DNA of 63,483 bases, the filler included, from Octopus bimaculoides (taxonomy: Eukaryota), in assembly GCF_001194135.2 (NCBI RefSeq). It is 6 parts of 6 records of this genome, joined end to end, with 100 filler letters (N's around TTAATTAATTAA, not from the genome) between each part and the next. Parts side by side here need not be neighbours in the genome. Positions count along the whole stretch, not along the records: positions 50,225 to 60,096 come from NC_068992.1; positions 60,197 to 61,850 come from NC_068984.1; positions 61,951 to 63,483 come from NC_068983.1; 3 more parts are not named here. The stretch is one strand, 5' to 3'. Shown here in pieces: positions 53,561 to 63,483 of this stretch. The notes under the pieces are model-generated. The model saw only the letters and a program-made list of their open reading frames with translations, was not told the origin of the DNA and did no database searches. A program made the position numbers and the translations under genes. The number at the start of each line of letters is the position of its first letter. Within the stretch, counting starts at the first letter, position 1.

Positions 53561-53860
53561 GTAATAATAATAATAATAATAACAACAACAATATTAATAA
53601 TAATAATAATAATGATGATGATGGAGTAACAACATTAGCAACGACAACAATAATGATGATACTTTCTACTATAAGCAGAAGGTCTGAGGGCTAGTCGATT
53701 ACATCGACCCCAGTTTTTCACTGGTACTTATTTCAATGACCTTAAAAGGATGAATGACAAAGTTGGCTTCGTCGGAATTTGAATTTAGAACGTAAAGACT
53801 GGTGCAATGCCGGGAAGGCTTTTTTGCCTGGCGTGCTAACGGTTCTGCCAGCTCGCTGCC
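51875..53860 (-). mobile_element. SINE B clusters (about 51875-52425 three copies; about 53325-53860 two copies)
   Basis: Repeated gaaaggatgaaaNgcaaagtcgacctc...gaatttNaactcagaac motifs with (AAT)n spacers. Confidence 0.75.
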
Positions 53861-53875
53861 TTCTTTATAATATTC

Positions 53876-53973
53876 CCCAAGACACCTGATGAAGGCTGGA
53901 GGGTAGATCAGCCGAAACGTTGTGTTAACAACAAACAAGATGAGGACAAATATCTGTCAAATGTAAATAATGT
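53876..53973 (+). ncRNA. Family D tail with intact minimal hammerhead core (53881-53926)
   Basis: GACAC-CUGAUGA-A-GGCUG(10 nt)CAGCC-GAAAC-GUU-GUGUU, then acaaacaagatgaggacaaatatctgtcaaatgtaaataa. Confidence 0.7.
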
Positions 53974-54129
53974 TCAATGAATCCTGTTAGGTTTTTTTAT
54001 TTCAATAAGTGGTAATTGATGCTTTATGGAGCGACTTGGCTGTTTTATTTTCTCGTAGAACGAGGGCCTGTCTAGATAATCCCTCGTTGGATCGGCGGGG
54101 TTTTCAAAGTGACACTGAGGGCACCAGTA

Positions 54130-54539
54130 AATAACACTGGTGATGGTGGTGGTAATGATTGTTGTAAAGGGAGTTGTAAAAGAGGTCGTTGCGGTAGTGG
54201 TAGTATTATTAGTAGCGCAGGAAGTCGCCGTCATCGTGGTTATAGTAGTAGTACTAATTTCGTTTGTGATGGTGGTCGTAGCGGTGTTTGTAGTGATCGT
54301 CATCGTAGTAATAGTGCAAGTGTTGATGGTTGTAGTGGTGGTGGTGGTGTGGGTGTTTGTAGTAGCAGTAGTAGAACTAGAGATAGTAGTAGTAGTAGTA
54401 GTACTAGCTGTAATAGTCGATATAATAATAGCTGTAATAGTAATAATAATAGTAGCGATAGTAGTAGTAGCAGTAGTAGCACTACTAGCAGCACTACCAC
54501 CACCACCTACTATTACTACTACTACTACTACTACTATTA

Positions 54540-54571
<32 letters not shown>

Positions 54572-54665
54572 ATTGCAGCTACTACTACTACTACTACTAC
54601 TACTACTAGTAGTAGTAGTCGTGGTAGCAGCAGTCNNNNNNNNNNGTAGTCGTGGTAGCAGCAGT
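54130..54665. repeat. Cryptic trinucleotide low-complexity region (GGT/TAG/TAC/TGC)
   Basis: Directly visible; explains the long T/V/S-rich ORFs. Confidence 0.9.
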
Positions 54666-55531
54666 CATACTTTCGGCTCGTTTGTAGGAGACGCAACATA
54701 CGATTTATAAGATAATTTTATTTGAAAAAAAAAAAAAAAAGCACAAAGCAAGCAATAAAAAGAAATTATAAATGAAAAGAAAAAAGATCAAGAACAGCGA
54801 AAGAAATCTCCGGTTTCAACTAGTGTAATCCAAAATAAAACATGATAAAGAATTCTTTTTTTTTTTTCCTACATCAAAGACAGTTCAAGCCAGACAAGTG
54901 AGTTCTGTGTGAATCATGGGTGTTATTTTCTCTACAATTGTCACTCTTTGAGTATCGTTATCAACATGGCTTCATCGTTACATCGCCCACCAGTTGCAAT
55001 AAGCCACGTGCACAGCTACTCATGTTTCTTGGTTTACAAGAATGTCGAGGTTATACTAGCAATATAAAAACTCTTGCTAACACACGCGTAATCCCTCTGT
55101 CTCTTTCTCTCCCATCTATGCATGCATGCATACATACATGCATACGTACATACACACGTAATACATACATATAAACATACATACATAATACACACATACA
55201 TTACATACATTCATAACTCCATGCACACACACACGCATATGTGTGTATGTGTATGTGTGTGTGTGTGTGTGTGAAAGTGTATGGCCAAGTGTTTAGGGCA
55301 TTCAATTCACGGTCGTAAGATTGTGAGTTCGATACCCAGCGGTGCGTTGTGTCCTTTAGCAAGACACTTTATCACGTGCCGCTCCTGTCAACAACTAATC
55401 TGATAAAAAGGAGTTCTACTTGTACTCGAAACGCCAGCTTTGTCACATTCAGTGTCACGCGCGTTTGTGCAGTCCTCGGCTATTTGCACGTTAATTTCAC
55501 GAGCAAGCTGTTCCGATGGAGTGCCAGTATA

Positions 55532-55738
55532 TAGGGTGGCCCAAAAGTAGGTTTACAGTTATTCAACTATCTCTTTCGCATTCATAAATTAACAGCTTAG
55601 ATCTTAATTATGTAAAAAAAAAGAACAAAAAAAAAATTGAAACCATTATTCTATGTTAATTTAGTTAATTTCGTCAAGCTCCCTTCTCAGTTTGTCAGAT
55701 AAAAATTTTAATGTAACAAAATGTCTTGGGCCACCCTG
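55532..55738. mobile_element. Tc1/mariner-type MITE
   Basis: TA|tagggtggcccaa ... ttgggccaccctg|TA; TIR match 12 of 13 with TA target duplication. Confidence 0.75.
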
Positions 55739-56182
55739 TATATATANNNNNNNNNNNNNNNNNNNNNNNNNNNNNNNNNNNNNNNNNNNNNNNNNNNNNN
55801 NNNNNNNNNNNNNNNNNNNNNNNNNNNNNNNNNNNNNNNNNNNNNNNNNNNNNNNNNNNNNNNNNNNNNNNNNNNNNNNNNNNNNNNNNNNNNNNNNNNN
55901 NNNNNNNNNNNNNNNNNNNNNNNNNNNNNNNNNNNNNNNNNNNNNNNNNNNNNNNNNNNNNNNNNNNNNNNNNNNNNNNNNNNNNNNNNNNNNNNNNNNN
56001 NNNNNNNNNNNNNNNNNNNNNNNNNNNNNNNNNNNNNNNNNNNNNNNNNNNNNNNNNNNNNNNNNNNNNNNNNNNNNNNNNNNNNNNNNNNNNNNNNNNN
56101 NNNNNNNNNNNNNNNNNNNNNNNNNNNNNNNNNNNNNNNNNNNNNNNNNNNNNNNNNNNNNNNNNNNNNNNNNNNNNNNNNN

Positions 56183-56235
<53 letters not shown>

Positions 56236-57682
56236 CTCTTTTACTTGTTTCAGTCATTTGACTGCGGCCTTGCTGGAGCACCGCCTTTAGTCGAGCAAAT
56301 CGACCCCAGGCCTTATTCTTTGGAAGCCTAGTACTTATTCTATCGGTTTCTTTTGACCTCCAATCTGTTATTTCATGCATTTTCTCTAAATCTACTCCAA
56401 TTCTGTAAGGAAAAGCCATACAGACTGCCGTAATCAGAATTCGAACTAGGCTTTCATTCTTCTGGGCTTTTGAATACATATCTCAGCAACGTACCGTTTT
56501 TTAACTTTTCAAATATTCGACGTCGTTTCAATGTTGTCAATCAATATTTTTGTTTATTAGTAATATGAACGACAATATCCGATTCGTCATTATTTATTGC
56601 TTATTCCCTAAGGAAAGAAATTGAATGTCACGTTTCCCGTTTTTCTTTTGGGTGTTTCCAAAAACATGACCCAGTTTTGTTAACTGGTTACGGCTAATTT
56701 CACATCTATTAATTCTTATTTCTTTATTGCCCACAGGGGACTAAACATAGAGGGGACAAACAAGGACAGACAAAGGTATTAAGTCGATTACATCAATTAA
56801 TTCTGTAAAGCGTTTTTGCAAGGCATGAAGCTTCATTAACTCTACGGCCAAAAGACTTAAGTCTCTCTCTCTCTCTAACAACTTCTGTCTCTCTCTCTCT
56901 CTCTCTGCCTCTCTCTCTGCCTCTCTCTCTGCCTCTCTCTCTCTGCCTCTCTCTCTCTGCCTCTCTCTCTCTGCCCCCCCTCTCTCTCTCTCTCGTTCCT
57001 TCTCATTGAGTTAATTAGGCGCAGGTGTGGCTGTGTGGTAAGTAGCTCGCTTACCAACCACATGATTCCGGTTTCTGTCCCACTGCGTGGCACCTTCGAC
57101 AAGTGTCTTCTACTATAGCCTCGAGCCGACCAAAGCCTTATTGAGAGATTCTCTCTCAGACAAAATCCCCAAAACCATGCCTTTCAATGGTGTATATACA
57201 TGTAATATAATACATAGATGGCGATATGTATCTATGCTCTCTGCTTTTTCGAATTATGTGTGTATGAAATGAATGTAAAAGCATTTATGTTTGAAAATTG
57301 CTGAGATGACTTCTCTACGATGCAGCTGCTTTAGAAGAGAAATCTTTTACGTAAAGGAAATATATTTCCGAATAGAGCAACGGAGACATTTCCCCAGATT
57401 TCAATTGATCAAAACTCAATTCGAGGTCTTCAGTGAAAAGTGACGGCGAAGTAAATCTGATCTTTAGCAACTGTAGTGACAAATCCAAACATGTTTTAGT
57501 GCTGTTAGGCCTCTTCTGCTAAGCCGTATCTAAAATGACTGCTTCTCAAAGACGGCTCATCTCCTGTCATCTCCAGTTCGGTTCTTCTGTGCCGCTACTT
57601 CATTCTTTTCTCAACATCCGGGTTGTGTCTCCCAGATCAGACGTCTCACTGATTACTATGCGCAGCAGACCCTTCTCAGCAA

Positions 57683-57983
57683 GACAACACCTTCTTTCGA
57701 AGGCTCGTAACAGGTGATGAAACATAGGTCCATCATTATGAACCGGAATCAAAGAGGCAGTCAATGGAATGGCGCCACTCTACGTCACCACCACCGTAAA
57801 AGTTCAAGACTCAAAAGTCAGCTGGAAAAATCATGGCGACCGTCTTTTGGGATGCGCAAGGTGTCATTCTGATCGATATTTTTGCCAAAAGGAAAAACAA
57901 TTTTGATGTATGACACATGTTCCTGTGTTGGTAATTATACCTGTCCTAAACAACATGGCATTACTTTTTGACTCACCCTCGTA
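57683..57983 (+). pseudogene. Mariner transposase catalytic-domain fragment with right TIR
   Basis: DNTFFRRLVTGDET*VHHYEPESKRQSMEWRHSTSPPP*KFKTQKSAGKIMATVFWDAQGVILID; terminal ttactttttgactcaccctcg|TA at 57961-83. Confidence 0.85.
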
Positions 57984-59636
57984 TATTTATATACATGTAT
58001 ATTTATGGGATATCACACAAATTTATCCAGAATTTTGACAAGCTATAACTCGCTAAATATATCTTCTGTTTCAGTAGCAACTCGTTACAATTAATCTTCT
58101 AAAATTATCGTGACCTTTAAAGAAAGGAAATGTATCTGAAAGTGCAACTGGAAGCTTGAGAACGCAGCTGAAATGAAAAAACGAATCTGTGTAGAAGAAA
58201 ATTTTGAATAGATCCATTATCTTGATTAACCTTTGTTCGCATTAAAGATAAATTTTAAACAGAGATTGAGAGAAGAGAATATAGAAACATAACTCTGGTC
58301 GTCTGAAGAGCTGAAGGAGGGATGAGAAGGCTGTTAGAAACTCAAGTTATGCCATTTTGCTTTTGACAATACAGTCTTCAGTGCCGTAATTTTCATCTTG
58401 CCTCAGGTATCTGCTCTGACATGCATTTACGAGGTGATTCGGGATGTAGTGAGCATTGAATTCAAGCAAGATAAAGTACCTTCACTTTTCATTATGATAG
58501 GCCATTATATAGCCAATCTTGATGAAAATCTGCGGGGCGGATAAAATACTCCGACTGTCACCAGACGTCATATCAATGGCTCTATTTAAAAGAAAAAGCC
58601 TAAAATCAGTAATATGACGTACAACCAGTAATAGTTAATGAAACGAAAGCAGGCACTGAAAGAAAATGCTCCCAAAATACCGAATTTAATGATCTGTGGC
58701 GCTTGCACTCCAGTTAGTCACGGCCAGGATCACTATCATTTATATTAATTAATAAGATTCTTCTTTTGTCATACGTAAGTTGATTTATAAAACTTGGTTG
58801 TATCTTAGTATATATAAGTTCTGTTCGTTAACATTCAAAATGTCGATGAATTTTTTGAGAATATCCTATATGCTTCAGTACATATAGTTGTGTAAATGTG
58901 TGATTGTATAATTAATTAAATATATGAGAGGGCGAATAGCATCTCAGTGTGTGAGTATGCGTGTACATATATGTGTCTATATGAATATGCATAAATATAT
59001 GTATATACTGGCTGTACATATATACGCGTATATGTATGTTTTAGCCATTCCTATACGCCATAAGCTGTTAACATAATCTAGTGAAAAATCTAACAACAAC
59101 AACAATAATAATATGCGCTGCTCACCAGATACCCACACCAATCCCTTTTGAGTCATGTACTACATAGAGTGGATATATTTAGCCACTAATAGTTTCTATG
59201 TTTGTTTAATCTATTATTGCATAATTAGTTGAATTCCATTCTTTAATGGTCCATGCACAGCTGTTTAAGAATTTGTCTGCTATTAGTCGCAACAGTTATT
59301 TTTAGATGCCCGAATACAAAACTTTATTGAAGCAATTTCATACCTGCAAGCGAAGGAGTTAACTACACAAAATATATCATTCCTTTATGTTAAATACAGG
59401 TGTTAGTTGAAATAAAATGTTCACGAAATACTTGTAAGTCCGAATAAATGAGAAAAGTAATCAATGAATAACTAAAATAGTCGAGAAATTAAATAAAATA
59501 GTTGTTAAAATATGAGTCATGTCTAAAATATATCTTGGTGTATTCCACTGGTTATTTCTGTTACAGACAGGAAGTATTTTAATGCCATTCAGACATTAAT
59601 GAGATATGTTTAGTAAAGCATTCAAGCTAATTCGAT

Positions 59637-59668
<32 letters not shown>

Positions 59669-59712
59669 TATCATCATCATCATCAACATCATCATCATCA
59701 TCATCAACATCA

Positions 59713-59761
<49 letters not shown>

Positions 59762-60196
59762 CATCATCATCATAGTATGTAATGCATAAGTGCAGATTTG
59801 GCTGTGTGGTTTAGAAGCTCGTTTTGCAACTCATTTGTTTTGGGGTCAGTTCCACTGCGCAGCACCTTGGGTAGATGTCTTGTACTGTAGCACCGGTCCG
59901 GTTAATGCTTGTAAGTGAATGTATATGTGAATATATATGTATATCTATCGATCTATCTATCTATGTATATATATATATATGATTTTTGTCTCTCTCAATT
60001 TCACTTGAGTACTTTTTTGCAGTCCTATGTATCTATTTTGTTTCCATAAAGAGAAACAAGAATTATTTCTTGCAATATATATATATATATATATATNNNN
60101 NNNNNNNNNNNNNNNNNNNNNNNNNNNNNNNNNNNNNNNNTTAATTAATTAANNNNNNNNNNNNNNNNNNNNNNNNNNNNNNNNNNNNNNNNNNNN

Positions 60197-60565
60197 GGTA
60201 CGCATAAGTGAACTGGCTGAGGCCTTAGATTTAGGTCTCACTTGGCTTGCCGGGTCTTCTCACGCACAGCATTTAGCAGAGTTTCTACAGCTGGATACCC
60301 TTCCTAACGCCAACCACTTAGAGAGTGTAGTGGGTGCTTTTACGTGCCATGGGCATGAAGGCCAGTCAGGTAGTACTGGCAATGGCCACGTTCAAAATGG
60401 TGTATTTTATGTGCCACCCGCACAAGAGCCAGTCTAGGGGCACTGGCAATGATCTCGCTCGAAAGTCCTTACACATGCCGCGGGCACAAGTACCAGAAAG
60501 GTGACACTGGGCACAGGTGCCATCACGATTTCGATTTCGCTTGCCCCAATAAGTCTTCGCAAGTA
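60197..60565 (-). mobile_element. RTE-type 3' UTR fragments
   Basis: gtttctacagctggatacccttcctaacgccaaccac...gtgggtgcttttacgtgcca, collinear with 12850-13060. Confidence 0.7.
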
Positions 60566-60626
60566 TTTTATCATCCTTGTGTCTGGACTTTCCTCTAACG
60601 TCCTTATAGACTCTTTTCTATGCTCT

Positions 60627-61630
60627 TGTAATAGAACGACCGTGCGAACCAAAGGAGAATGGCGATGAGACAGAAAAGGCTCCTTTTAACCATGTCGCAC
60701 GGTCGAACACAAAACAAGATATATAAGATAGAAGGCTCATCGTGAGAGATACGAGCCAAACGCCAGTAAAAGAACATAGTAGGACAGACAACCGTTATAT
60801 ATAAAAATAGAGTAAGTTTATTAACATAGTGAAACTGTTTCTGTCTGTGTGTGCGTGCATGCGACATATATAAATAACGCAGTACAAGAGTATGTATACA
60901 ACAATATGAAATGACGGATCGTCGTGTAAGCAATAGTGTGTGTACAATCTATGAGAGTACAAAAGTGTGTGTGAGTGAGAGGAACTGAACATAGAAAGAG
61001 TGTCTGTAACATAGACTGTAAAAAGTCTTAAACACTGAGATAGAGAAAACCAGTTCATATAAGAGTTACACAAGATATAGAATGTTCATACGCAGGAAGT
61101 TGTGGCCGGAAAACAGAGCTGTGGTATCACAATATGTGTGTGTTGAGCGTCGATGTTACGACCGGTTACCTGATACGGAATATTCTCGCAGGTTAGTTCT
61201 GACTTGTTCGTGGTGGAAAAAATCCACTCGTACAGTGTCAATATAAAACCGAGTTTGTTGCTATTGGTGTATACTCAGGTGGTGGGGTTGCTGGCGACGA
61301 CATTAGTAGACGGTACATTGGTGGTGAAGACGTTGTCGCTGGAATCTGGCTGTAGCTGTGTTCTGTATGTGTGTGTGGTCAGCGACCAGACCTGTGAGAG
61401 ATCTGAAATCGAAGACGACTGGCGTCGTTGGATCGGGCTTACTTTTAGATGAAATAAGGCTCACCGGAAACCCAGAAAATCTCTCTCTGACGTGACCTTA
61501 TCTGAAGGCCACGATTGGACGGAATGCACCCTGGCGCGAAGCAGAGCTGGGACAATTGCCGCGCAAATAAGAACCAATCAGGGTGGTGGACAGAAGGGTC
61601 CAAGGCAGCCGAAGGCTAGATGTTAGCCGC
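60627..61630 (-). mobile_element. Possible solo LTR, or a CpG-rich promoter region
   Basis: TGTAA terminus at 60627; minus-strand AATAAA at 60817-22; promoter-like cluster (CCAAT at 61514-18 and 61574-78, TGACGTGA at 61488-95, CCGGAAA at 61464-70, minus-strand TAAAAG at 61442-47). Other end hidden by a SINE and a gap. Confidence 0.4.
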
Positions 61631-62231
61631 TTACTCTTACTCTTTTACTTGTTTCAGTCTTTTGACTGTGGCCATGCTGGAGCACCACCTTTAGTCGAGC
61701 AAATCGACCTCAGGACTTATTCTTTAGAAGCCTAGTACTTATTCTATCGGTCTCTTTTGCCGAACCGTTAAGTTACGGGGACATAAGCACACCAGCATCG
61801 GTTGTCAAGCGATGTTGGGGGGACAAACACAGACACACAAACACATACATNNNNNNNNNNNNNNNNNNNNNNNNNNNNNNNNNNNNNNNNNNNNTTAATT
61901 AATTAANNNNNNNNNNNNNNNNNNNNNNNNNNNNNNNNNNNNNNNNNNNNATATATATATATATATATACGCACATAAATTCACTGACGGAGAACAAACC
62001 GAAAATATTGAATAACCCTTTAAACAGCATAACGCGAGATGCGTAATGGCTTCTGGCAGTTACACACAAGCACACAAACACCTACGCACACGCGTACACA
62101 CACACTCACGCATACATACATACATATATGCATACATACACAAGCTTACATGCAAACATGCGCGATTTCATACATAATTTTTTTGCATAAATCCACAGTT
62201 GCATACATATTTTAGCATATTCACTTACACC

Positions 62232-62270
<39 letters not shown>

Positions 62271-63102
62271 GCATTCATGCAAACATGCATTCACGCAAGT
62301 TCATTCTAATCCACACAAATGCAGATAAGTTCACAGAAAAGATACACACACAAACACACACACACACACACACACATACACATACACACAGATACACTGA
62401 AGTTAACAGTAACATATATCTGCATACAAATATATACAGTCACAAACATACACATTAAGTGCAAGAAATTTACATATATATTATTACATTCACACATATT
62501 CACCATTCATAGACACTCATCTAATTACACCCACACACATACACACACACACATCCAGACTCACAAATATACACGAAGACTCATACATTGGACACACACC
62601 CATACACATATACAATTCGTATACAATATATATCCACGCAAACATACACACATTAACGCAAACACATGAAAACATACAATTGTGTGCACACGTTTGCAAG
62701 GACGCAAACTTTTTAATATGCATACGCACACACGCGCTAAATTTTGCGTAATCATTAAAAATACGCAAGGTTTACACGGCCACATTCAATGTTGCACACA
62801 TATTCATACAAGCGCAGAAATTCACACGGCAGGCTTCTTTCAGTTTCCGTCTACCAAATCCACCCACAAGGCTTTGGTCAGCCCAGGGCTATCGTAGAAG
62901 ACACTTGCCAAGGTGCCACGCAGTGGGACTGAACCCAGGGCCATGTAGTTGAGAAACAATCTTCATACCACACAGCCACTCCTGTGTATTTTACTTAAAC
63001 ACACACGCAAATTTCACACGTACAAATACGCATAATTTTGCATTTACACACACAGAAATTCACACACACACATATATGTACGCATAATTTTAAGCATATA
63101 CA

Positions 63103-63144
<42 letters not shown>

Positions 63145-63483
63145 AATGCAAATTCTACTCATTTACTAACACAAAAAATTCGTACACATACAAGTACACA
63201 CAACTTCTCACGCACACATGCACATCTAGATTATTTTATATACAATTTCCCACACATAGACGCAGGCGTGGCTGTGTGGTAAGGAACTTGCCTCCCAGCT
63301 ACATAGTTCCGGATTCAGTCCGACTGCATGGAACCTTGGGCAAATGTCTTCTCTTATAAGCCTTGGTCCAACCAAAGCCTTGTGAGTAGATTTGGTAGAC
63401 GGAAACTGAAAGAAACCCATCCTATATATATATGAATGTTTGTCTGTCTGTGTCGCTGCTTGTATATATATATATATATATAT

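Noticed and set aside
53974-54699. Long ORFs (241, 169, 166 aa), one with WCPQCHFEN resembling a RanBP2 zinc finger
   Set aside because: They arise from trinucleotide repeats; the motif has wrong Trp spacing and lacks the second Cys pair.
61215-61320. Minus-strand 26-aa ORF containing PPPEY (PPxY late-domain-like)
   Set aside because: Too short and with no gag context.

Overview
AT-rich, microsatellite- and retroposon-dense animal DNA with many assembly gaps; the repeat landscape suggests an octopus genome (inference). The only supportable host coding sequence is two phase-1/phase-1 exons (1693-1923, 3110-3322) of a coiled-coil pericentrin/AKAP9-family protein; no further exons were found. 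The rest is at least four tRNA-derived SINE families, fragments of RTE, CR1, L1/Tx1 and Penelope-like retroelements, mariner remnants, several MITEs, a possible solo LTR, long hairpins and simple repeats. Five artificial TTAATTAATTAA gap linkers separate segments with visibly different CpG content, so continuity across them is doubtful. Top observation: a tRNA-headed SINE carrying a minimal Penelope-type hammerhead ribozyme motif, present in five copies, twice as divergent inverted pairs, in a window that also holds a decayed Penelope-like GIY-YIG ORF. All family and gene assignments are by eye and from memory; no searches or folding were run.
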